A stretch of DNA of 56,771 nucleotides from Vitrella brassicaformis CCMP3155 (Eukaryota > Protista > Chromerida). The position numbers and the translations under genes are program-made. Location: contig CDMY01000532.1 of the NCBI GenBank assembly GCA_001179505.1, positions 1-56,771 on the forward strand, read 5' to 3'. Each line of letters begins with the position of its first letter. Within the stretch, counting starts at the first letter, position 1. The notes below the pieces were generated by a model. It was not told where the DNA came from. It searched no databases and saw only the letters and a program-made list of their open reading frames with translations. Shown piece after piece: positions 46,956-56,771 of the stretch.

Positions 46956-49900
46956 TCAGCCGCGCATTGCATTCATCGGCGGGCCATGAGAGACACCAGC
47001 CGCGGAACGGGCGGGTGTGAAGCCGCCGTGCGGCACCCGGGGCCATCCGCTAAAGGCAGGCCCCGGCCATCCGGCAGCACCAGCACCAGCAGCAGCATGG
47101 AGGAGATGGCCGTCCCGGCGAGTGAGCTCAGGATTGGAAGACACGCGCAACAGGTGAGGGGGCCGCATTGGCCGCATCGCTGTCGCTGCTGCTGCAGTAG
47201 GGGAGAGGTGCGACTGCACCATTGGCACTGGCTGGGCCCTGACGACCATAGACAAGCCAGGGACCACCCGGATGGGCGGCGGCCGCCAGGGGGACTGCGT
47301 AAATGGCAGTGAGACACGGACAGGCAAAGGGCTTGATCCTAGCGACGACCGGGCAGCAGCAGCAGCAGCAGCAGGAGGAGGGGCGGTGCTGTGAGGGTGG
47401 GTCATGAGTCGCTGCGGAGCCGCGGTCTGCGAGCGGTATATAGCAGGGCGCCGGGGATGATGTGTGGTGGGATTGCTACTGGAAAGAGAAACACACAAGA
47501 GAAAATAAGAAAGGTGATGGAATCAGGCAGTGCGCACTGTCCCCGCGCCTACCGTGGCGGCTGGGTGTTCGTCTGTGGTTCTTGCTGCTGAGCAGTGGGT
47601 ATCTTCTTGTCTTGATGCAGCACCTGGCGTTGGCAAACTCACTCACTCATTCAGAGCTCTTTCTGCTTTCCTTACCGCCCCGTTGTCATTCTTCACCTGA
47701 TTTGTCGCCTTGTCATCGGTCGCTGTGGACCCACGCGCCCTCTGGTGGTTTGAAGCATGGCAGGCTGCCGCGGTGCGAGGCGGGGGAAGAATGAGGGCAT
47801 CGGTTGTCGGTCTGCACAAAGCAAGAAACACATTCCGTGTCTCTTCTTGGTCGAAATCGTCACTTGGCGGTCGGCGTGTTATGGTTGCAGAGAGCTGCTG
47901 CCATCGAGAGCGGGCTCTGCTTGTCGCGGACATCAAAGAGAGGCACGGGTGAGGTCTGGGTGGCAGAGTCTTCCATCTGCGCTTGTGCGCCAGGTGGTGG
48001 CGAGTTCGCCCGCCTGGCCGTCAGCACGTCAGGCGACAAAGACGACAGAAAATGGGCGAGGAGGTTCCCGTACTCCGCCTTCGAGCCCTCAAATCCCATT
48101 GGACACGGGTCGAGGTCCCCAGCTGCCGACACCTGGCGATCGACGCTCTCGTCGTCTCGGCTGGCCCTCCTCCTCGAGAGAGTGTCTTTTGTGCTCTCGC
48201 GGGTGATCAGCCGCTGCTTTGGCTGAGCTGCCTTCTCTCCCTCTTGCTGCTGTTGCGGTTGATGCTGTGTGGGGTCTGTGACAAGGGACAGCGACTTGCT
48301 CCGGTGCACCAACGAGCGTCGCCTGTTCCGCACAAGTGCCAGCCGCAGCCTCAACTTGTCCCTGTCTTCCTTGTCCCTCCTCTCCTTCTCCAGCCGCCGC
48401 GCCGACCGCTCTGTGCGTATTGTGATGTCAATGTTGAGCGGGTCGCTGTCGGTTTGCTGTGGCGGCTCGACTGTGGGTGGTCCATAGGCGTAGAACGGGG
48501 TTGCGGGAAGGGATATCACCTTCTGTGACGGCCTGGGGGCAGGGGCACCGACGTATGGGTGGAAGAAGGGCTGTGGGGTGTTGGGCGATCGGGGCAAGAA
48601 GCTCTGCTGAGGCGGCGTGTGGATGGGTAGGGGAGGGAGAGGGCTGTATGGCATGTAGAAAAAAGGCGGGCGAGGATTGGGGAGCGGACAGTGGATCAAT
48701 GGTGGGTGAAATGGCGGCACCTTGCTTATCGGACGCTGCTGGTACTGCTGCTGTGGCTGCTGCTGCTGTGGCTGTGACTGCTGAAGTGGAGGGGGCGGCG
48801 CTTTGCTCACAATCGCTGGACGCTGCTGAGTGACTCGAGGATGGAAGGAAGGCACAGAAGGGCGGCCGGCCATGCTGTAACCATATGGAACCAAAGTCGC
48901 GTCGCGCGTGGCAGCAACACGCCTCTCCACGCACTCCTTCTGCCGGACCCTCTCAGCACTCCTCGGCCTCTCCGCAACACGTTTCCTCTCCCTCTCTGGC
49001 GGGCCAGCCTTCCACACATGAGGGCCGTGTCTCATGCCGGCGGCACTCTGCGTGTTTCTCCTCTCCGGCCCTGTCGATCGGCTTCTCTTCAGCTCCTTCC
49101 TGCTCAGCCGCGGCATCCCGAGTGGCGTCTTCTCCCACTCCACACATCGCCCGAAGGCAACAGTGTATTTCTTGCAATCAGGTGGGAGCTGTCGCGACAG
49201 CAGGTCTTGCTTGGGCGGCTGTGAGGAGTATGTGGGGATGTTGGTGGTGGAGCCTCTGCGGATCTTCGGGCGGCTGTTGACTGAGGCGGGAGGAGCCGAT
49301 GCGGCTCGCTGTGCGGCTCCCCGATTGGGCGGTGGGCTTTCGAGAGACACTTTCTCCTCCTGCGCACAGTAGATGTATCGTTGAGACGATCGTGCACGCG
49401 GCATGATGTTTCTGTCTCTCTTTTGTCAATTCTCTCGTACCGCCGGTCTGTTCTCCTTGTCAATTCTCATGTTCTCTACAATGGCTTTCTTGACATGCTC
49501 GAGGGAAGGCACCTTTGCAAACCTGCTGTCTTCCTGGGCGCTCTGCCTTGCCTCCGCCTCAACACGCCCGCGCCTTTCCTCCTGCTGCACCTTCCTGGCA
49601 AACACATGCGACGCCTCAGCCCGATGAAACCCAGCTGCTATCGCGGGCACCGGCCGCTTCTGGCTGCCGTCTCTCTCAGTCGCCTTCTGCTTCTCCTCAA
49701 AGCCTTCCTGCTTCTCCTGCTTCTCTTCATCGCAGTCAATTGTGGTCGATCGCGTCCGCTTCTTGGCTTGCTGTGGCGGTGGCGGCGTTTGCTTTTCTGC
49801 TGGTGCCGATGCCGATGCGGGGAGAGGTGATGGGGCGACGGGAGAGGCGAATGAAGAGGGGAGGGAGGGGGTGTAGGTGCTTTTGGAGGAGGGAGGGTGG

Positions 49901-51603
49901 ATGCAGGCCCTCTGAAAGAGCGTCACGAAGCGCGCCCACGAGACGGTGTCTCGCAGGAGTTGCGGAGGGTCGGTCGGGTGGTACTTGACGACAAGCAGAG
50001 GCACGATGCTCACACTATAAACACACGTACACACACACAAAACAGAGTAGATCGGAGACAGACACCTGGATCGAGCGAGTCAATCACCTGTCGAGCTGCT
50101 CAAAGATGCACTTCAGGCACAGCGTCAATATGGACTTGGAATAGGGCACCTCGTCGCCGCCACCAGCAGCACCAGCACCAGGAGCCCTGCGCCTCTTGCC
50201 ATCTCCAGGAATCAACGCCAGCAACACCATTCTGCAGCCAACACACACACACACACGCGGAATGGGCGGTTGCAGGATATTTGTCTCTCGACGGTGACCT
50301 GAGAGCCTCAATTGATGTTCGGATGGAGACATCGACAGTGCTGGCGGCCATGGGGCTGTGAGGCGGGGCGGGCGGTGCGAGATCGACAAACCAGATAAAT
50401 GCCTCCCTGCAAGCCGCTCACACAAGCAGCGGCTCAGAGACAGACGCACACAGAGTATATCTGCTGTCTTGTTCATGCCTTGCTGGTGGGACGGCTGAGG
50501 GGCGTGTGGTTGCCTCCAGGTGCTTCAGGCACTCCGAGACACGAATCTGCGCACACAGAGGGTGAGGTGGGATGATCGCAGCGCTTCAGTCCTTACGATG
50601 AAGAAGGTGTGCCCGGTCGATGTCTCAGGGTTGAGGGCCGTCTGCTCGAGATGGCGGTACGCATCCCCTTTGAAGATCTGTTGGTAGCCCTCCTTCTCGT
50701 TCTTGACGCTGACAGATGACAAACCGACCAAATCTACTCGCCCCCTCGCCTCCTTGACATACACCTGCACACACAGACACACACGATGTCCACAAGCTCT
50801 CTCTCTTGATGCCTGTCCGCCTTGCAGCACCCTTACTGACCGGTCTGCCGCCTTGCAGCAGGTCAATCGCCTCCCCCCGGAAAATCTCGAAAAAGGAAAT
50901 CCGCAGCTCACGCTTTGTGTCCTCGTCTCTCGCTAGTTGGAACAAGTGCGAAATGGCCCTCGGAATCAGCCCCCGCTGGTCGAAATGGGAAGCGCCGCCT
51001 GTGGTGGTGTAAGTCTTGCCAGCATTTGAGCCGCCTATGGCAACGAAGAGGGCGGTCCGAAAGGATCGGTAGAAGGCCTCAACGGCTGGACGGGCGACGG
51101 CATCGTACACCTGCTCCTGTGAGGTCTCTGCACACAACAAAGCCGACCAATCCTCTCACTGATCCACTCCGCCCAGCCATCGCAGAGAGACGACGCGCAC
51201 CTGGCCCAAGGACTTTGTCGAAATGAAACCGCACCACACGAGCCCCTCCCTCTGTCGGCCCAGTGCAAGCAGCCTTACTGCGGCCGAACTCGACACAATC
51301 GCTGCCGTAGCTCATGCCGCCGTCGTCGGTTGAGGAGCGGCCATTGATCAGGCAGGCCGAGAACGAGCGGGGCTTGTCGTCAGGAGGCAATGGGATGGGC
51401 ACCGACGGCAGCGAGTCCTCCATGTCTGGAGGCATGAAGGACGTCCACGTGTCGTTGATCTCCCGCCCCTCGGTGGGTTTAGCCCTGGGAGGTGAGCTTG
51501 GTCCGGCTGGCAGGGGCGGGCTGGTGCCAGTGCCGGCGAGTTGTGCGGACTCGGAGGCTACGACAGTAACACCATCCTCGGAGTCCTTCGTTGCGTCCCC
51601 CAT
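46956..51603 (-). CDS. Divergent kinesin-like protein (kinesin-9/KIF6-9 resemblance) with a long low-complexity tail
   Basis: FHFDKVL, SQEQVYDAVARPAVE, P-loop GGSNAGKTYT, TGG...DQRGLIPRAISHLF, LRISFFEIFRGEAIDLL, VYVKE...GLS, VPYSKSILTLCLK. Phase-consistent splices link the motor to 50020-49441, 49362-47864, 47811-47699, a short exon near 47627-47557 and 47478-46956. The 5' start is uncertain. Confidence 0.8.
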
Positions 51604-52479
51604 GTCGGGATCTGTCAAATGGATAGGAGACTTCACCTTCTCTTCCTCAGGCTCAACGGGAATTTGTGATGCATGCAGCAGAGACGCCGGACGCCCCGTC
51701 CCCGCCCCCACGTCAGACGGTGATTGAATTCATTAATTGGCCATGCAAACGATGCATGTCATTGGAAGGTCAGTGTCCCCGTCCTTGGCCGGCCTGCCTG
51801 CCTCTTGTCAGCCAGCGAAAAGCCGCGAGCGAGTCGAATCAGTCAGCGCATCATGTTGCGTACACTTACTGTTGGTAGCGATGGTAGGGAAAATCACATG
51901 CGCATACACACAACACAGCCGCGGAAGTGGCCGGGGTGTACGTATGTATGTGTGTGTGTGTGTGTATGTCGTTGTACGAACGCATGTTTGCCCTCGTGAC
52001 GGTCGTGCCGTCCCAGCCAGCTCGTAATTATCACCCAGTGGCACGCACGAATGCACGCATTAATGCACTCATCGACACTGAAAAAGCACCGAGACAGACA
52101 GAGAGAAGAAAAGCAGGGAGCGAAGGGGAAGAAAACGTGCCAATTCACACACACGCAGACACAGACATGGAGCGATTCAAGCGATACCTAGACATACAAC
52201 CAGCCTTGTGGCAGAATGCCAAAAACCTTCGTGTCTCTCTCTCTCTCTCTCTCGCTCTCTCTCTCTCTCTGTCCCTCCCGCCGCAAAACACACAGTCTTC
52301 CTTCCACGAAAAGAACTACATGATTCATGATGATGGCGCTTAAATGACGCCCACACACAAAGCGAACGAAAAGAGCAATGAGCATACGGGTGCATAGACG
52401 CACGCGTATGAAGCGATATAAAAGGCCAGGTGCCCATATGAAAAGTCGCGTCCTCCTCCCCCTCCCCTCCCCGTTGCCA

Positions 52480-55434
52480 TCAATAGGGATTGACAATTGT
52501 GACCTTTGGCGGCTTTTTCGTTTTCTTCTCGGCCGGCTTTTTCTTCGCCTTCCTGAGGTTGCTGAAGCACGCCGGCGAGGCCACCACGTTCGACTCTCTC
52601 AGCCGCATTCCCTTGTCGCCGAGGGCCACGGCCCGGTAGCTGATGCATCGCTTTGCGTCGGACGCATCGACATCTGTCGAGTGCTCGAACCGAGTTTTCT
52701 TGTGTCGCCTGATCCACTCGAATCTACCGGCGCCATTGGCCCGCTCGATCGACCAGCCTGCGAGGGGCTCACCAGCCGCCGGTACCCAGCCGTTCCACGA
52801 GTAATAGAGAGTGCCGTTGTCGAGCAGGAGGGCGGGGGGCCAGTGGGGGGTGACGTTTCGCCACTCGTACTTGCGAGCTGCATCGAGCAGAGGGAGAAAA
52901 TGAGGGTCTACAACGACGTGCGTGAGACTCACTCACCGCGGTAACTGCTGGAACCATCTTTCCAGTCGAAAGACAGCAGCACTTCGCCGGTGTCTCGCGA
53001 GACCTCCTCGACGAACGGCAAATGGCCTAGGATGCCCAGACCGCCCCAGCCCACGATGGCCGTGCCGTTCTTGGTCCACTGGACACTGCCGTTTGCCAAC
53101 GAGACGTACCGATGCGTCTTATTTCTCAGCCCGCCATAATGGGTGAAAACCGGTGTCGCGACCTTGTTGGCCTCGTCGAGCTCGTACTCGACGACGCGCG
53201 AGCTGATCCAAGACGTGGTGCTGATCACACAGACAGGGGCAAGAGAATAGAGGGGTCGCTGTTTGTGCTTGGTGGTGGTGGGGTTATGGGACATACTTTG
53301 CGTGTTTGTTGGCATTGTCGAAGAGGACCAGTCGGCCGCCCTGCAGTGTGGCGTCGTGCTGGCCCACAAACGGCTTCTCGGCCTCTGACAACACACACAC
53401 ACACACGACACATGCATGGCCATTCTAGAAAGATCGAGCACAGGGCGTCGCGGCGCACCTGCATCTGTGGTGTTGCCGCCACTGGCAATGGTGAAGTCGT
53501 TGAGGGCGGCTGTTCCCCCAAACCTCCACATAACCTCGCCCGTGTCTCTGTCGATTTTCAGCACCGCGCTGAGCCGCCGCCAGCTCACGAGGATGCTGTT
53601 GTCGTCCGTGAAGGTCGCCGAATTCTGATAGGCATCCACAACGACACGTGTGCCTGCGTGTCGATCAGAATACCGCCTTACCTGGTGTATCAGATCCCAC
53701 TCTCCTGGCGCCGTGCCGGGCTCCTCAACCCCAAAACGAGCATCGGATTGGGCGACCAAAGAAGGCAGCTCGAAGTGATCCTGATGGCGACAGGGCCACA
53801 TCGGCAGAGAATGAATGTCACACACGAGGTTCCCATCTTTTCTCGCTTTACCCAAGAGCGAAACTCCATGACGACATTGTTGGCGACATCAACCTCCTGC
53901 ACGATGGCCCCTATCAATGTCACGTACTCGTCAGGGGCGCCATCGAACATCCCCTTGACGTTGACGCGCTGCTTGTCCTGCACTGTGAACAGGCGATTGC
54001 CGTTGTTGCCCGCCAGCCGAAAGTCATGAGGGTCCAGCGCGTAGCCTGCAAGGCAACGTGGAAGGAAGGGATGGATGGATGGAAGGCCTCTGTTAAAGCG
54101 TCTGAGCGTGAGTACCATGCTCCGGGTGATGTCTGCGTACAAACCGCAGGCTTCTGTCTTTCTCGACAATATCAATACCGGCATACGCCAGAAAATGCCC
54201 GTTCTCCTCCGACACACCGATCAGCGGCGGGCCGGTGCCGGTCTCCGGCAGCCCCTGCTGCGCCTCCCTCTCCTCGTAATACACCAGATCGCCAGAATTG
54301 TCGACCACCACGGCGTAGGGATACCACACATTGTTGCCAACGGTGTCCCTGTCCAGGCTGTTGGAGGCGAAAATGCACCCCGGGGCCAACTTCTCGGTCT
54401 TCGGCGGGCCGCGGATTCGCATTCTCGGCAAGTGGAGGGGGATGGTCTTGTAGCTGTTGTAGGGGGCCTCGTACCAGTCGCTCTGCATTTCCTCGACAGC
54501 TGGGGGGAGATCTGATGCATCTTGCAGGGCCCGCAGTGCGCCGTGGGGTAAGTGCCGGTGATTGGCTAGCAGCCTGCGATCATTTGAGGTGTCGTTCTCC
54601 TCCTCGTCATTCCCCTCGTAGATAAGGTAGCCCGACAAGTCTGTCTCGGACACATGGAACGACCATTGGACGCCTGAAGAAAAGCCAGAGAGCGACCAAA
54701 CGACCATCAAGGGCGAACGAGTCCCTCCCTGTTTGATACCTACCTTTCAGCCACTTGTCGGCTTGCGTCATGAGACCAGGGTGGACCCTCACAGTGACCC
54801 ATTCGCCAGGCTTGAATGGCTGCTGCGGCTTGAACAGCAGCGTGCGGCCGTCCTCTGAGAGCCTCGTTAGGCCATCATGCAGCCCCGTCTCATGGCCGTT
54901 GACCTCAATCCTGCCTTCGACCGTGCCCTGCTTGAGGGGCTCGCCCTCACGCACACCGATGCTGGTGAAAGCCGACACGTACCTGCACGGGCACAGCACA
55001 CACACACAGTGTGTGCTGTGCCTTGCAGGGGCTTTTCGTTCGTTCGTTTGTTACTCTGCTCTTGGTCGCGGGTGTGCGTAGATGAGGTCGCTCTCGGCAA
55101 AATACACGTAGCGGCGCTGCTGTTGGTCCTGATCTTGATGCTGCTGGTGGTCCTGGTTTTGGTGCTGCCAAGGTGGCTGCTGCTCTTGATGCTGCTGGGG
55201 AGGGGGCTGCTGCTGATGGTCTTGATGCTGCCATGGTGGCTGCTGGTGCTGCTGATGGTCTTGGTTCTGCTGCCACCAAGGTGCGGGCCATGGTGCGGGT
55301 GCAGGCGGCTGTTGTTGCTGGTGTTGCTGCCACCAGTTGTTTGGTGGCCATGGCGCCGGCTGCTGCGCGAGCACAGAGTGGAGGAGGAAGGGCAGCGTGG
55401 CCACGAGCATATTGCACCGACGACAAGCGGCCAT
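52480..55434 (-). CDS. Secreted arylsulfotransferase (ASST)-like beta-propeller with an Ig-like domain and a W/Q/H-rich N-terminal linker
   Basis: Signal peptide, Ig-like ...RTLLFKPQQPFKPGEWVTVRV, then DPHDF, WDLIH(Q)NS, ILVSWRRLSAVLKIDRDTGEVMWRFGG, FVGQHDA...LVLFDN, SRVVEYELD, SYRARKYEW. Seven or eight exons joined in frame. Confidence 0.85.
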
Positions 55435-55866
55435 GGTCTCCATCCCGCATTCAGCAGGCGCCTCCTGCACGTCGTGCCAACGGCCTTGTAAATGCATACG
55501 AAAGCGAAAGCTGAAAAGGCGGTTTTGGACAAGCAGAAGGACCGGAGGAGCTCCCTCGCTCATATCAAGTCGCGTGCCGTGAGGCACTGACTGCCTGCAG
55601 TGAGGAGGAGGAAACGACCAATGCTCTCGTTCATTCCCTGCAGGCTGCATTTGAGCCAGTGAGTGTTGCCAGTACCCACAGACCCCCAGCCGACACGACC
55701 ACGGCATCGACACCGACCCCATGGGTCGGGGGCGATTCAGAGGGGACATGCACGCTGCACACTGCCTGCAGCCAGGCAGACGAGGGATGCAGCATGGATG
55801 GATGGATGGAGAGGAGACGACAGAGCGTCGTCGCGTGCCGTGCCGCGCCGTGCCGTGCCGTGTCAG

Positions 55867-56771
55867 CCAGTCGCAGAAGAAGGGACGAAGCCAGGGCTAC
55901 CGACTCCACCGCCCTCTCGCGAGAGGGGAGGCGCCCCGACGGAAGAAGAGGAAGGTACGAAAATCACCATGTTGATATCCTTGTGTGTCGTCTCTGCAGA
56001 GGGCGTGACTCTGTCTGGTCACAAGGGCTATGCGAAGGGGGCGTTGGAAGGGGGCGAGGACAACTGGGGACGATACGAGAGGGTCAACCCCCAATTCGGC
56101 TGCAGCCACGACGACAAATCCACCACCAACTTCTGGCTTGGAGAAACATGTGAGCAAACGACACATTGGCCTCTCAACGGAGACATCAATGCTGGTCTGT
56201 CTGTGTTGTCATGTGGTCAGATCCGGAGGTGGAGAAGCACTGCGGGCCGCGTTTCTTTTACGAGCGTCGGGAGGGTCTTGGGTGCAAGGCCGACATCCTG
56301 CGGGTGCAGGAGTACCGGTCCTTCAACGAGAACTTGTGTGAGGCCGAGTGCAGCCTCAACCCCATGTGCATGGCGTACTCTCTCAAGGTGGGGGACACCG
56401 ACCCACCGTCATACCATGTGTGTCAGGTTGACGCGAGCAACAGCAGCAAGGTCTTGTGTCGTCTGTGCAAGTTCACGAGCCCCGAACACTTCAACCGGGA
56501 GGACCACACCTTCGCCGGCCTCAAGATGCGCCACCCCCATGACTACCCCCACCCATCACATCCGCCCGTCCCATGCGGACCGCCAGACGGCTGCTTCGTC
56601 CAGGCCCAGCGGTCCGAGGGCGGCCCGGGGAAAGCCTGCGACCACAAGATGGCCCCTTCGGTGAGGGAGGCGGACGGCATCAGCGAGCAGGTGGCCGTGC
56701 ATCTCGTCGACGTGGCCTCCATGAACAGACACGTCAAGAACACACACGACCCCATTGTTGACATACTCTGC
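55867..56771 (+). CDS. Cys-rich PAN/apple-like domain protein, partial (runs off window)
   Basis: Spliced exons give ...HCGPRFFYERREGLGCKADIL...NLCEAECSLNPMCMAYSLK|VDASNSSKVLCRLCKF, which fits the PAN Cys pattern. First exon not resolved. Confidence 0.6.

Noticed and set aside
47860-49404. Stand-alone 514-aa gene
   Set aside because: Phase-consistent introns join it to the kinesin motor upstream and to three exons downstream; its apparent stop lies within a donor site.
20158-55434. GH1 plus sulfotransferase as a glucosinolate/myrosinase-like cluster
   Set aside because: The genes are 30 kb apart, separated by housekeeping genes, and there is no substrate evidence.

Overview
Eukaryotic, GC-rich, very intron-dense genomic DNA with eight 300-N scaffold gaps. 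The microsatellite-filled short introns and the gene set are most consistent with a chromerid alveolate such as Vitrella brassicaformis (inference, not verified). 1-3.5 kb: a multi-exon tandem-CCCH zinc-finger gene with a 1-nt frameshift. 3.5-15.5 kb: a cluster of restriction-like-endonuclease (RLE, CRE-type) non-LTR retrotransposons from three sequence families (my labels A, B, C), including one near-complete copy of A. 16.8-19.7 kb: two intronless orphan genes. Then a secreted GH1 beta-glucosidase (+), a 16-kb multidomain acetyl-CoA carboxylase (-), a HEAT/ARM exportin-like gene (+), a kinesin-9-like gene with degenerate switch motifs (-), a secreted arylsulfotransferase (-) and a partial PAN/apple-domain gene (+). 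Most notable: (1) many introns carry (CA)n/(GA)n near the donor and (CT)n/(GT)n near the acceptor, so they can fold into hairpins that bring the splice sites together; (2) retroelement A has no in-frame ATG for about 230 codons but gains one if a host-style 91-nt intron is removed; (3) the B 3' end is joined at the same base to the C 5' end twice; (4) a probable pseudo-kinesin; (5) a bacterial-type arylsulfotransferase. Exon models were read by hand and boundaries are approximate.
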